A stretch of 64,000 nt of DNA from Psammoneis japonica (Eukaryota). The notes beneath the pieces are model-generated. The model had not been told where the DNA came from and ran no database searches. It was given only the letters and a program-made list of their open reading frames with translations. Of this stretch, positions 10,848 through 25,230 are shown one piece after another (position 1 is the first letter of the stretch; each line of letters opens with the position of its first letter). The position numbers and the translations under genes were made by a program. The stretch lies in assembly GCA_008632985.1 (NCBI GenBank), contig QPGO01000004.1, positions 930,001 to 994,000 of the forward strand, read 5' to 3'.

Positions 10848-13800
10848 ATGTCCCACTCCTCCCTATCTGCTCAGTTGGCATCGCTAAATGCGTCTGCCGC
10901 TGGCGGAAAGAACGCAGGTTCAACGTTGGGCTCATCCAGGCGACATGACGATGCGATTGGGAGAGGAATCGCCCACTCTGCCACTCACGGACACACTGTC
11001 GCTGCATCCAGTCCAAAATTCAAGCCATCTGTGTTGTATGCAGACGCTAAAACGGCATCCGATGTTCCTCTGACGACTCTTCGAGAAAATTCAGTGTCAT
11101 CGCTTCGACAGCTGGCGAGATTGACAGAGAACGATGCGTTTGTCGAACCTGCCATTGTTCAATCTCTCATGGGAGCTCATTCTCTCAACCTTGAAAGAGG
11201 ACTTGCTACTCGAGCTGAAAACGACAAGATAGACAAGGATATTGTAGGCTTGCTCAATCTACTGTCGACCGCAATGGGAGAATCTTCCTCGGCATGCTTG
11301 ACGGCCTCGCTTCACGTTATTGAGTATTTGCTTCGCCGGTATGATATTCACCTTCGAGCAAGCACTGCGGAAGGACTATTGCTTGCCGCCCTGCCCCATC
11401 ACGAGCTTCCTGTCTTTCTACGAGTTTTGCAACTGTTGGATCTGGCTTCCATGCCAACATGGGTGTTTCTTCGTCCTCATGCTGCGAAGGGAGCACCACC
11501 ACCCAGTCGAACGTTGATTGCAAAACGAGCGTCGCGGGATGACGCTATTGTGGCGCATTGCTGTGAAGTTGCAAAAAAGGCTGCATTGATTCATGCCCGA
11601 GAATGCGACAACAATGATAGTCTCCCTTCACAACAGAGGCCTACTCCACGGAGAGGGGTATCCCGAATCATTTCATTCGCTGCAGCCGTCCTTGTTGAAG
11701 CCTTTTCCATGCAAACGACCATTCCCACCAACCAGGGTTCCATTTCCGAACCGACCCTGAGAAGCGTGTTTCCTTTTATTTTGTCTGCTTGTGGTGACAA
11801 CAAGGCTTCATCCAAGCAGTATTCATCTCGGTGGTCGCTAGGGATCTTGTGTCCATATTGGAGAGGCTTTGGTCATTTGTTGGCGGCTACGATATCGGAG
11901 CGCAGTGTCTTGTCTCCTGAGATCTCCCAGGTGCTTGCAACAACCTTGATGAAGGGATCGCTGGAAATCAATAGGTTCATGGCCGGTGGTGGTGGGGAGG
12001 ATGAGCAAACAAATGACGAGCGTATGAAGCTTGCGGCAGACTGCATTCTTGTCGCCATGACAGTTCTCGCGAACGCAGGTGAAGATACTCCTCAGAGTGA
12101 GAGTGATTCAGTCCTCACGATTCTTGTTACAAACCAAGTACAGAGCAAGGCAAATGTAAAGCACACTCTTGGATATTCTCTCTCGACGTCCACGTACCGT
12201 TTGATGAGAAAGCACAACTTGTTGGCGAAAGCAATGGGTCATTTGAACGTTGATCGCAACGTCGAAGTCGCACCGTTGATGGCATCCCTACTCACGCTTG
12301 GGATAGCGAGTCTTTTCAACGACTCTTCACGTAAAGAGGTTGAATCAGATCTTTTCTTAGTTTTAGAATTGGTGAGTCAGTACAATGCGCAGGGGTGTAT
12401 AACTTTGTCTTTTTGAGGTGCACTGCTCACCGTTCCAACTCGTCGGCCGCGGTAAAAGACCCGAGAACCTTCTCTTGAGTCCGTATGGACCGATTCCAAA
12501 TTCAATATTACAGCTTCATTTGCTGCGACCCTTGTTTCGATGTTTGCTAATCATCAAACGGACGAAGAAGTAGAATCTCGTGACGCGGAATCGATCCGTT
12601 CAGTTCTTGATGCTTTACTCCTCGTGGACCCTACCCAATGCGATGCGGGCGTTGCTCACGCAGTTACCACTGTTTGCAGAAAAGGTGGAGGTAAAGGGTC
12701 CAGATCTAGGCGTAAGAAGCGAGTTTCGCTGCTAACGGGATCGCGAAACCTGGCCCTGGAAAATGCAGAAAGTGATGGTGATGTAGTCATGGGCAATGAT
12801 GCCGAGGCATCCGAGTTGCTTCCGCCCCGGGTTGCACTTGAACACCCTGACAAATCCGTTCGATTAAATGCAATAAGCAGAGTTACGGAGGAACTTACTG
12901 GAATGGATGCACAGGACGAGAAGGGAGAGCCACTGGAGCAGGCCCTTATTCGTCGGATGAATACGGAGGACGACGTGCAAGTTGCCGCTTCGGCGGGAAA
13001 TTCTTTGGTTAAGGTGCTGACAATGCGAAAAACTAGCTTTCTGGGTGACGCATTTGTAAACATGACCGCTACGGCCTTGGTTAAGTGGTCTGTCTTTAGA
13101 GCAGATTTAGAAAAGGCGGAAGGTGAAAATGACTCCGAGTCCATGACTGTCGATGGTGACAGACTTGGCGTGCTTTTTTCGACTCTCGTCGCAGCAGCAT
13201 ATGCAACAAGATGGTTAATCGAAAGCAGCTCGAATGAATTGACGGACATGACTGAGTCGCAAGCGACAATGATTTGTGGCATCGTGGCGCATCTCGACTT
13301 TATGTTCTTCAAAAGCGAGAACCGCGAGAGCCAGTTTGAAGAAGTTGCACTTCACGCAGCTGACGCGCTCGAATTGGCGTTGTGTGTGGAACACAAAGGA
13401 AAGAAGAAGCCAAGCAAGCGCGTAAGAATCAATACCGTGAAAAAGCTTCTGGCCAGTAACGAAAAGTGCACGTCCGTGCTGAAGCAGAGTTGCTCTTCTA
13501 AATCTCGGTCTCAGCTTGCGGATGTCAAATCGACTGGTGAAGCTTTACTCGAGCGGAGATACATTTGGGTTATGCTGCTGTCCCTATCTCAGTACATCGA
13601 AAAAGGGTCGCCTGACAGTGATGCGGTGTCGGCTGCAATGATGTGTTCTTTGCATATTCTTCGTTCGTGTCAGAAAGGGGAGACATTTCAAGAGGCTGAA
13701 GTGTCTGAGCTTCTGAAGTGCTTGCAAGTTTGTTCTCGGGATATATGCTCTCAGGATGCCCCATCAGTGCCTGAAACTATCATTTCTCTTGCTTCAATAG

Positions 13801-16800
13801 CATCGTTGGCAGCCTATCAAGACGTCTCAAGAGTGGCTATCAAATACTTTTGCAAAAGCGTTGTTTCGGTGGAAGGTGTTGGCATTTCTCCAGTATCCGT
13901 TCTCATGGAGGCATGTACGAGGGTCTCTGCATCTGCAGATTCAGTTGAAAGGCTGCTTTCTATAGTTTCTGATTGCCTGTCTTCTACCAGTGTCACAGAT
14001 GGCTCAGCAGCAAATTGCTTAGTTTCAGCCATGATGCTGTTGGGTAGCGATATGCAGCGCATAAGGAAAGCGACTCTCCAGATCCTCAGCCAGATCTCTC
14101 AAAATGCGGAAACCGACAGTGCCGTAATAAAGGACATCTGTTACATTGCCTCTAGTGGAAACGGGAATGATGGGATGTATTCAACGCTTTTGATGAATGG
14201 GGAAGCGGCTCTTCCCAAGTTGGTTGCTTCGGCGCTCCAAAGCTCGAACGAACCATCGAAGCTGCAGGAATATTTGATTCGACACTGTTTTCGTTCCGCA
14301 TTGGCGAGTGACGGTAGTCGCAATTCCGAGTGGTTGCCCATTGGAAGTGCAGCTGGTGGCTGTCGTGCTGCCGCGTTCGGGCTGAAAGTGTTGGAGGTTG
14401 CCGGCGAAACAGCATTTCCTCTTGCCATGCGATGGAAGTATGCGGGAAAAGAAATCGTCGAAATCATCCTGCAGGCGGCTCAATCAGCGGAAGATAGGCA
14501 AGATACCCCCCTTCATGTTCTGATCGACCCGGTCGCGACCATGCTCAAAGGCGTTATGGTTACTGATGCACGATCTCTCCCTCAATCCAGTGTAGTGATA
14601 TCGACTGGACCTGATAGAAAAGGTGGACGGGTCAGATCGTACTCTGTGGGGAAAATGGAAGGTGTCTCTTATGTTAAGCCATATCCTGATGATATGTTCA
14701 AAGCTTTAATTGCTTGCATATCGCCCCCACTTACCGAAACGCATCAAAAGAATCCGCTTGCTCGAGAGCTCATTCTGGGAGTGCTAAATAATGTTTTCAC
14801 TAGGTCATGGGGAGAGGGAGTGTTCAAAGAACTTCCTGATAAGAAACGCCGAGAACTTGGTTCTTGTTTGTTGAATCTACTCTCTGTTTTCACCGAAGAC
14901 GCTGTTGCGGAAATGGCACTTCAAGAACTTCCTTTACGTGCTTCTGATATATCTTGTCTTCTCAAAGATGCAGATCCAGGGGATGAATATCTTTTAATGG
15001 TTACGTTTCTAAGCGATTGGGTACGAACAAACGCGATGGCTTTGATTCAAGACAGCGATCTATCGCAGTTGGTATCTGCCTTTTTTGAAATTCTCTCTTC
15101 CCTTTCGTCCGCAACAAGCGAACGCAATGTTGACATCGATGAATCAGAGTATACACGTTACGCGATTCTTCAAAGTCTATTTGCATTATCTCAATCTTCA
15201 AAAGACTCCATGGGAGCTACAGTCGTTCAGCAGAATATGACTGGGCACGTTAAACTAATTGTTGGGCTGGTTGGTGGTTCCGTTGATAACAGCGGCACAG
15301 ATGGCTCGCGCGTCCGACCATTTGTTTCTATCAAAGCAAAGTCAAGTGCCATTTCGTTGCTTACGAACCTTTGCTCCATGAACCCAACGGCTGTAGTGAA
15401 CGCGCTTGTTCCAGCGCTGATGGCAACGATGATTTCAGCATCCTATAGCGATGGTGAAAATGTACGAGCCTCTCGGGGAGCCCGCGACGCCTTCATGGGT
15501 GTAATACCGGTATTCTGCAGCCATGGTCCCCTCTTTCACCTTGTCGTTGATTTCATTTCTGAATGCCAGAAATTCACCGAGAACGGGGACAAGCTGCTCA
15601 TGTATGAAAATCTTATTGATGCCGTTGTTTCCGCAAAGAAATCAGACGGAGGTGGAGCTTCCGTAGGGTCCATTGTAGCTGCTTTCCTTGCGAGCGAGCT
15701 GTACAAAAGCCAAAACGATATGGAAGAATCAAGTCGCGTCGATTCTTTCGAAGAAAGCGGGGTTAACGAAAGCGTGGTAACTTTTGCCTCTAATCTGATT
15801 GCGTTTGCACCGGCAGATGTTCAAATAGATGGTATACTTCAACTTCTTCGATACTTGAATCAGTTTGTTGGTAAGCTGGCACCTCCAACAGCAGAATCTG
15901 ATCAAGAAATGGACTCGAACGATGCGACAGCAGATCCAATGGTAGTCCCTTTTGATGAAATAGAGAAGCTAGCATTACATGGGTTGGAGCGGAATGGAGA
16001 TGTCGAAAGTCGAGGCAAAGATTACAGCTTCAAAGAGCGATGCCACGTTATGAGGCTGAGTACAGGCATCGTAGCTCTAATAATGGATACTCTGTCGTCG
16101 GGATCGGTTTCAAGGCTTCTCAAAAACAGTGAGGGTCTAGGGTCTGCGCTATGCTTGAAGTTTTGGCAAGATTTGTTGTGTATACAGGCTACCGTGTTCG
16201 ACCTGCAGCCATTGCCCTCATCTGACGAATCCTCTTCCATTGAAAACCGATTTTGGGAGTCAATTAAAGAGCTTGTTACCGAAGCTCTCGAAAGTCTGCA
16301 GAATCTGTTACCGGCTCACACATTTCTTGCGTCGGCGTCGTCACTCATTCGGGAAGAAACCGTTAGCGAGGAGCTTCGCGCCAGGGCGGTGAGGCTCGTG
16401 GCAGAAAAGGCCGCCGAAGCTGAACCTCATTCAGCTGAAGCTACAATTTTTCTTGACATGCTGCCGACGTTTGTTAGCTTACTTGCGCCGTCAACTGATA
16501 ACACAAGAGAATCAGCGACTCTGTTGCGCCAGTCAGCTCTTATTGCAATTGAGCACTTTGCACGATCCATATACATTCATTCGGCTCCCGAAAAGCCCGT
16601 TACAACGCACTCAAAAGAGTTTCTCTCCGCTCTGGAAAAGGTTTCCGAGATTCTCGACAGCAAGCGATTTGTCGAGATGTCAGAAGATGGTTTATCTGTG
16701 GCCGACGACGAAGCCGTCCAGCTGCAGTGTACTGCTGCATTGTGCTCGTCGACGCTTGTGCGTGTACTACAAGTGAGATGCCTTCCTCTTCTTCCGAAAA

Positions 16801-18291
16801 TTGTTGAACCGCTGATAACATCATTGATCTCCGCAAACACTTATCTTATCTCAACTTCCGCTGTCGGAAGAAAGGAAGAGAGAATTACAATGAAAATGAT
16901 GCAAGTGTCAAGCCTTCGCGCAGTGGGAGAGTTGCTGGAAGCTCTTCCTCAGTTTCTTCTCCCATACCTGGGTAAGCTGCTATCACCTCTAGGGCTGCCG
17001 TCAAGAGCGCTTCGAATTGCCGAAGGTGATCAGGATACGCCCGTTAAATCAACGGTGGAGCTCATTCAAGGCACCCTTGCGTCTCGTACACCCTCTCGCC
17101 AGCTGGTTCCAGTTGCCTGCGGGGCTTTAGGAAGGGATGATTGGGGCTGTGTAGAGTTGCAGTCGCTGCTAGCAATTGTCGAAGCTTCTGTCAAGTCTGC
17201 GAAGAAAGGCGAAATTCCCTCGTTGACACGGGGGGTTCTGAAGGCGCTGAAAATTGTGTACGAGCGGGGTGGAATTGATGTCGATGGTGATCGGATATTT
17301 GATGCTGGTCACAAGTTGCTTCTCGCGCTTGTTTTTAAGATTTCAGAGGCGCTATTGCGCCCTCTATACTCGGAACTCCGTGAATGGAGAGGCTCTATTG
17401 ACCCGAAGAATAGTGACAAGCACGTTGCATCAAGAAGACTCGCATTTTGGAGCCTATCCGCAGTCCTCGCCAAGGAGCTCAGGTCGATTTTTCTTCCTTG
17501 TATGACGACCGTAGTTACCGATGCAGTCGAGGAGCTTGTAAGTGTTATTCAATTCCAAGTTGCTGCCTGTTTGTTTTCTTTTCTTAATATTCGCCCTTTG
17601 ATCTCCTGTTTGTCAGAATTCTGCTGCCTCCTCTTTATGCAGCAAGACTTCAGAAAAGTCTTCAGGGGGGCACAAAAGGCGTCGCCTTGCAATGACCGTG
17701 GAAGATGACGCAGAAACCTCTGCCATTAACTCCTTCCTGCATCTGCGACCTCTCTTACTCTGTTTAGAGTCTGCGCTCAAGTCAGATGCACATGAGGGTG
17801 GTAATTGGTCACGAGCAGACGACGGGGATAGGTTCAATGCACTGCTCGCTCCACTTGGAATGCTGTTACAATGCAGAATCCCCTCTAATTTGCTAATCGA
17901 GAGGGCAAACCGAGAGTCTCCTAGCGAGACATACAATCCGTTTCAACGAGTTGTTTTGGGCACTGGACAGGACGATGGCGGAAGCGTGATTGCGTGTTTG
18001 ACAGCCTTGGCTGCAGCGGCAGGTAACGAGCAGCTCTGGAAGCCGTTGAATCATCGAGTTCTAGAAGCATGTGACAACGGAAGGTCTGAAGTAAGAATGG
18101 CAGGTGTGAGCTGCCTGTTGTCGCTTATGAAAACTTTGGGCGAAGAGTACATGGTGCTCCTTCCCGAATGCTTGCCTACCCTTGCGGAGTTGCTGGAGGA
18201 CAGTGACGAAGAGATCGCCAGGATTGCACAGGAGTGTGTTAGCATAGGAGAGGAGCTGCTCGGAGAGAGTCTCCAAGACCGTCTGCGATAA
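10848..18291 (+). CDS. UTP10: U3 snoRNA-associated protein 10 / HEATR1 (3 exons)
   Basis: Exons 10848..12371, 12459..17537, 17617..18291; introns GTGAGT...AAAG and GTAAGT...TCAG keep the frame. N-terminal SSLSAQLASL, PS.LY and IEYLLRRYDIH...LPHHE motifs; BP28CT-like FKISEALLRPLY; C-terminal WKPLNH..L...LGEEYMVLLPECLPTLAELLED. Confidence 0.92.
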
Positions 18292-18368
18292 CGTTAGAGA
18301 GACGAAGACACATATCCTTTCAATATTTTGAGAAGAGGCCAAGGGTGTCGTGAGGAGTTGTTCTAAGT

Positions 18369-20566
18369 TTAATACCTAGCGACGGCACTTTTGGGAGGAG
18401 GCCACGAATCTTTTGTGTCTGGAGGATCGTACATTATTTGCATCGGCCTTCCAAGCACTCGTAGTCCGTTCATCCCTACGGCTCTCGCCGCGTCTTCTGC
18501 TGATGCCATCTCAACCCAACCCGACCCGTAGAACTGGCCAGTCCTCCGATCGGTCCTCCACACGATGTGTGTTATGCCAGGGAGAGCCTCCATCAATGTC
18601 GCGTCGTCCATTTTTCGTCTGCACATATTCTTTAGCAGCAACCTTGTCACACCATTCGGATTTGGCACCAACGCCTGCATAGATTTTGGAACTGCGACGC
18701 CCGCTGCGATCTTCGACCGAGCCGACTCGTACTCTTGAAGCTCTTTCTCTTCCCTCTCTCTAATCTGTGCCTTCGAGGAAATGTTTTGTTGTACGCAAAG
18801 GTCACATCTTACGTCCCTACCGATCCTTTTGGTGCCGTCGCGATGTGCCTGGAAGCAGTCACGACAAATAAGACTTGGTACACCGCAGGTGGGACATCGT
18901 CGTTTGCCTCTATACATGTCCCACGGCTTCCCGCAAGCTTCACAGTTCCCCATTCTTTGTTCGCTCTTCGACTTCTGTACCCTTTCCTCAGCTTCAATTT
19001 TTGGCGGAGCATGTGCGAATCTTTTATCAAAAACATAGTTTTTACCTTTCCAGAAGCCTCCGTCCGGTATTTCTTTGAAATACTTATCTATTCCACCCTG
19101 TAATTGATAAACTCCTAACGCAATAGAAGCCTCGGCGAGTGAGTCTAGTTTCCAGTATGACCAGGACACAGGAGTGTAGACGGAGTAAATACCTTTTATG
19201 CCAAGATCTTTTACGTCCGGTTCTGTTTCGATCTTGTAGTTGAGAAGAGCTGATGCTCTTTCACATCTAACGCCCCCAGTGCTACCACCGTGAACAAGGT
19301 CAAAGATAATAAGCCACCATGGCAATCGTAAGTCGAAGATGAAGACCGACGCCGACGAATAATTGAAAGTGAATATAACTCACCAGTACATGAGAACTTG
19401 TTTTCCACGCAATTTTTCTTTCGTTTCAGGCTTGTTCAGCCAGACAGGAAATTCCGTGCTTTTTCTCATCTCAGGGTCCAACCACTCGGCACCCTCAGCA
19501 GGTGGTTCGAAGTGCCCAATCGCCGCTTCGTAGTGGTTCCGAACATCGATAACAACTGTTCCCTCTTCCGCTAACTTCTTATGATCTGAACATCAACGAG
19601 ACGTCAAGAGGTTAGCGGTGGTATCCACCCCAATGCATACAAAGATACTGTATCTCAAGAGAATAAACTTACATTCAACTGGCTCTAAGTGGTTTCCAGT
19701 GTACGCAATGGAGGGAGTTTTTTCGCCTTCTAATCCATAGTGAACCAGTTCAGTGACTGGGATTACCTTAAGATTAGGAAATCTCTGCGCCCTCGGCAAG
19801 TCCTTTGTGATCTTAAATTCTGTCGCTGCAAACTCACCCTGATGAAACTTTCGCAAGTGGCGACAGTAGGAAAGAATGCTGTCATGGGATCCTGTCAACG
19901 TGCAGTTCAAACCTTCTCTAGCGACTCTCATTCGTCCCGTGAGCTCCAAATCGGCTCCCAGTTTGTTCATGTGAACGAGAACTGTCCTGTTGTAAAATTC
20001 AGTATCCCAAGCCGGCTCCACATATTGATAAAATAGCAACAAACTCGTATCATTCTCTGAGACATTTTGAGCCGGAACGAAATCAAGCGCGGAGCTTTGA
20101 ACTATCCGATGATCATCGTGCTGCTGGGTTGGTGCTTTGTCCTCGGTTTTCTTACCACTCGGAGTGTCATCCTCAACGACGATTCGTCGCTTCTCTTGAT
20201 GAGTCACGAGATCACCCTCTTTTTCGTCTCTTTGCCGAGCTGCAGCTTCGTCTTCGCTACTTCTCACTTTCTTCTCCTCATTGCTGCCTAGAAACTTTTC
20301 TTCCTCAGCCACGAGCTCACTCCTTTTCTTGCTCTTCTTTTTGTTTTACGCTTTTTCTCTTTTTTTTTCTTCTTCTGTTTCCTTTCCTTCTTCTTCTCTT
20401 CCATCTTTACGTCAATGTCCGCGTCCGTCCGTTTCGCATCTCGAGAGCCTTGCAACCTTGCCTTCTTTTCCTTTTTGAGGCTTTCCTTAGTTGCTGTCGG
20501 TGTTTCCAAACGCCGCTTTTTCACTTTCGTATCAGTGGCCGAGACCAACTCATTGTTTGAATTCAT
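18369..20566 (-). CDS. TrhO/UPF0176/TSTD2-type rhodanese protein with Cys-rich domain and C-terminal RRM (apparent 1-nt frameshift near 20340)
   Basis: Inferred introns 19586..19672, 19282..19383 and 19115..19192 join LLLFYQY...GRMRVAREGLNCTLTG, VVIDVRNHYEAAIGHF, MYCTGGVRCERAS, GVYQLQGGIDKY, WKGKNYVFDKR, CEACGKPWD...CPTCGVPSLIC and RRM-like FYGSGWVEMAS. The Lys-rich N-terminus from ATG 20566 needs one extra A in the A-runs at 20338-20347 to join the rest. Confidence 0.85.
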
Positions 20567-21251
20567 TGTGCCCGCCGAAAGGCACCTCTTCCTCCGTCAC
20601 AAGCAGCGCGTCACTCGTCTTCGTTGTTTGAACATAACCGGCAACCAGCGGCTCACCATTCCTCGTTCGCCGTTCAGCGTTCGTTCACTCGTTCACCATT
20701 CACCATCGTGCATCTCGCGCGATCTATGTACGACGTCACAACCCGCGCGGTCATCGAAATGGCTTCCATAAGTACATTGACCATAAATAAGGGCTGTAAT
20801 GAGAAAATTTAGGCAATAATCGCATTTTTTAGTCTTAGAAGGGGCCGTTGGATTACAATTTTATGTTCTGCAACGACGAATATGCTATGGACAGGAAAAC
20901 AAAAATTCTGTATCAAATACTTTATCTAATTTAGTCAGTCACGAAAATTAAAATAAACATTTTTGAAATTTTGAACGCACGACCTCTAATGCGTTGGGGC
21001 GTAAATTTCATGAAAGCTTACTGCATCACATCTTTCTTTCATCCTTGCACACAATATTGTCGGGCGTTCGCACCTCTTGCCTCTTGACAAAGTTTACGGG
21101 GAATTGTTGGGGGAAAAGCAGTGAAGATATCATCGTAAAGGGGTTTCGAAGAATTCAAACTGTTTTGTGGGTTGTGCTGCGACTTGGAGTACCGTCGTCC
21201 TTGGTAAACGTGGTTCAGGGATAAAAGTTAAGATTAGTGCAGGGCGTTGAC

Positions 21252-22687
21252 ATGATACGTTCCAAGGAAGAATGTAAGTATCAATATCGCAGTGTATTTG
21301 CCACTTTCAATCTTAATATTTCAATGTTTCATGGTCACTTGCAGTGGCAAAAGAGAAACGAGTCATCCAAAAACGTGGTGATGAGGAAGAACTAAACTCG
21401 TCACGCGATGGATCGCTCTCTCCTACATCTAGAGGGTCTAAGCGCCAGGCACGATGCGAGCCAGATGAGAATATGGATCACTCCCCTAAGGAACATGTAC
21501 GGGTGCCACCGACGAAAAAATCCTACTACAGAAAGGAGTCTTATCAGGATCCGATGGAAACTGAATCTCCTTCGACTTATCCCAAGCATGTGATTGTTCC
21601 CTCTATATTAGAATCATCCAGACCTCGATCGTTTACTTCTCATCATGAACACTTGGCAGCGCAAACACCGCCATCTGCATCGTCGGGCAGCATCGTTACT
21701 CCACCGATTCTCAAGAATGAGCCGTCGTCACTGAGGACCGGATACTACCCTCCTGGCGCTCACTTGGACCCATACACTAAAGTATCCCCATACAGTCACT
21801 CAGATATGGATATGGGTTCGTCATACGGAGGCACTAGTCCAAATATCCACCTACACCCAAAACGGTGGGCGTGCGACTACTGCTGCGTCGCAACATTCCT
21901 CACTTTTGAGGAAGCCTGTGCTCATGAGCAGACGTGCTCTCGTAATCAGGATCGTCTAAGACGAGCTGGCAGACCCGGAATGGCTCTCGGGAAATCGCAG
22001 CACATTTTGAATACACCTTCTTCCGGTGCGCTTGGGGCGCTTGCTTACCACGCGAGCAAGGAATTGCAACTTGGAACCCCTCTGCGTGGCGGAACATGGG
22101 CACTTCAAGGACGTGGTCTATCTCCTGATATTCCACGATACCCATCCTTGTCGCCAAGATTTCAGGAATTCCGTCTATCAGCGTATGAAGGACGCGAGGC
22201 GTCGCACGGGGCATCTCGTCTCGCCAAGGATCGGTCACAGAGGATGCTTCTCGCGCTACCCGGCGACAGCGACAGCTTGTCGGACAGGCAGTGCTACGTA
22301 AGGTCTGAGTTCGTTGAAGTATTCACGGCTTCGGAACACGATGTTGCCTCGCGCCACTCAAAAGGTGCCCAAAAGCTTGTTGTAGGACAAGTTGGTATTC
22401 GGTGTATTCATTGCTCTCATTTGCAACCTAAGGACCGTGCAGAGCGCGCTGTATGCTACCCATCTTCAATCAGCCGCATCTACCAAACAGTTGCAGATAT
22501 GCAGAGGTTTCATTTTGAGCAGTGCCAAGAGATACCTGATGAGACTCGTAAAATATACAAGTCACTCAAGACCACAAGGCCTCGTGGTGTAGGATCTCCC
22601 CAAACCTACTGGATTCAGAGCGCTAAGCTCATGAATCTGATCGACACCGACGAAGGCATTCGCTTTGGGGACAAGCGGGGGTCCTAG
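21252..22687 (+). CDS. Diatom-type conserved Cys-motif protein (LS..QC..R...EVF / GQVGIRCxHC family), possible nuclear regulator
   Basis: Exons 21252..21273 and 21345..22687 (GTAAGT...GCAG). Low-complexity Ser/Pro N-terminus, WACDYC...FEEACAHEQTC zinc-finger-like motif, and C-terminal LSDRQCYVRSEFVEVF...GQVGIRCIHC...YPSSISRIYQ...HFEQC domain. Confidence 0.8.
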
Positions 22688-23299
22688 GTGTAAGGGAGAA
22701 TCTGGGACGTGTTTCGTAGAAACAGAATCTAAAAATCTAAATAATAGGGGGTGTTCTTTTTTCATAAGGTATTGTTTAAGGCTATCGGAAGCCATAACAT
22801 CTGGCTAGTGAAATACGTTTTTAAGCCTTGGTTTTTCCACTCACTAGCATCTTCCAAAATTGGGTGTCACTTCTGCGCTGTATGAGGTTCTAGTTATGAT
22901 ATCTAGCCTCACGTCAGTTCATCCTCAACGGTCACAACAATCTTGTGCACCAGAAATGTCTCTGGACAACCCACGAGAGCTCAAGAAGGTGTTGAAGCGC
23001 GTCATTCACTGACTCTGCCCAAACTGGGAATTTATGACTACAGTACAACCGCGACGTTCGCCGCCTCTACTCTAGTAGAGAACAACCGCTCGATGAGAGT
23101 TACACTGAGAATGCACGATTCAAGCGAAAGCTCGACCGACGCCAACTTGGTTGCGAACACGACCAACCAGGAAAGTGCCACCGCCGGGGATCACATTGAA
23201 TTCTCTTCTCCAGAAGACTCATGACTCGTAACCAGCATTGCGCTGCTTTTGTGGAATCCTCTCGTAATTAACATCATTGTGTGCCAAACTCTTTTGTAA

Positions 23300-24950
23300 T
23301 CATTTGTTGCTTCCATTGAACTGCTCCTTCGTGCTCTCTGTTCACTTGCTTTTGTTCCACCAGTGCAATGTTGCCACACTGTAGTTGATGAACCCACCAC
23401 AACCCAGGCTCTGTGTGTCACCCCTGCACCTGCACTGGCTGGTTGCAGATCTTTGCCAAAGTGGTCACTCCAATTGCTGCAAATGTGAAGGGACTCAAAG
23501 TGCAGCTCACATGCTTGCTGGAGGAGATGGCAGAGAAAAAAAAGGGGATTGGTGCCCACATGGTTGTCAGTGTGCACCAGGAATGGTCTGTGAATGGCTC
23601 AAGCACAGAATTGTCAAGTCCAAGGGAATCAAATTGTCTCACTCCCAATGAAGAAGAAAGTGCTCAAGATGCTCACACTGGAAGATGGCTCTTGATTCAA
23701 AAGACTTCCAGCATGAGAGTGCATGAAAGCAAGCTCAATGAGCTGCCACGCAGTGCAGCTCCCTTGCTTTTGAGATGACATTGAACTCAAACAACTCCCT
23801 CTTTGGTGAATGCAGCCATTCTCAAGACACAAAAGTGTGCTGCTCATTGGGCAAGCTGCAACTGATTTGACCAACCACAGATCTTGCAGAGGCCTGTCTT
23901 GCATTTTCAATTCAGCAGGTGCTGGGTTTCAAATGGCCACCTTGTGGGCAATCTTTGCACCAACCACACATGGGCGGCTCAGCTTTGCTGTGGAAAGTCA
24001 ACCAAAGCTGATCATTCAGATTTCCTCAATCATGGTGTGGAAATGAAATTGCCTGGTTTCCAGCAATGGCATCTGCTGCTTGTCTTGCCACCCAACAACC
24101 AACCCTTGTGTCAACATTTCTGTGGCTGTTGTTGCTTGCAGGCTTTGAGATGTCACTGGTGTCAGGGTGTGGATTGGCACCAGATGGGCTCACAGACAGA
24201 TTGTTTGATGTCAAACCAGCCAAGCTGGCACGCAAAGCTCTCAGCAGTTTCCTCTCTCCTTTGCCTGTTTCATTTTTGCAAATTTGTGCCTTTTTGCCTG
24301 TGTGCTTGTCAGCAACATGGCTGTCTCTGCTCTTCAGTGCCTCCACTTCCCCCTGCATCTTGTCAGCTGCTCTTTGCTCTTCGTGTGCCCCAGTTTTTTC
24401 CTGATTTTGCAGCTCAGCAGGCCCTGGATTCCACCTGTTGCCAGGCACTGCTCTTGCCAATTGTTGCTTTCAAAAGTCTAAATGAGACTTTTGTCTTGCA
24501 GCAGCTGACCATGTTCTGTGGCAATGCCGGGAGATCTGGCTGCTCTTGAGCAGCGCAGTTGGCGAGAGCGCTGAGAGCCAGGAACATCTTTGCACAAAAA
24601 GCACACGTCAAGTGTTCCTTGAAGGGCAAAGCTTTTCAAGCATTGCATTTCATTGTCAACTCCATCATGCTGTGTTGTGGATGTCTGCAATGTCACACAT
24701 GTTGTGGAGCCTGCAACATCCACTGCAATGCACTCACTCACACGGCGACACAGCCCCTCTCTCGATCTTGTGAGCAAAGTTGTGCAATCTTGTGTGGCTG
24801 TGGAGAGTTTTCAAAGCAGACATTTTTCATTTTGGCTTGTTTGCATTGGACTTGAGGACTGGGGCGCTGTCCCTGGGTCCATTGAAGATTGCAACAGCAC
24901 ATTGTTCACAAATCCGCTGAAACGAACTTGATCACAGCATTGTGAGAAGC
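23300..24950. other. CpG- and TpA-depleted block 2 (eroded sequence, origin not recognised)
   Basis: TA is almost absent after ~23390 (one survivor seen, gtctaaa ~24479), with TG/CA excess and many overlapping Cys/His-rich Tyr-free ORFs. Confidence 0.8.
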
Positions 24951-25230
24951 CAGCCAAGAGGGCGCGGTGGAGATTTGGTGACGTCAGCACATAAGCTGCC
25001 CATCCATCTACACAGTACCGGCATTACAGTATCGCGCATCGGACCACAGTTTTCCCGCCACAATGAGCGACCGCGCCGGGGCACGGCATAAAATGAGAGA
25101 TGATAGTGCTGTTTCTCCTGTTGGCAACTGTTGGTTTAGACTTGTGAGTTTTCAGAAGACTCGATAAGCTCCCAATAAAAGCAGGACTTTGGCAACAAAA
25201 TCTGGCTTCAATTTACCAGTCAACTCAAAG

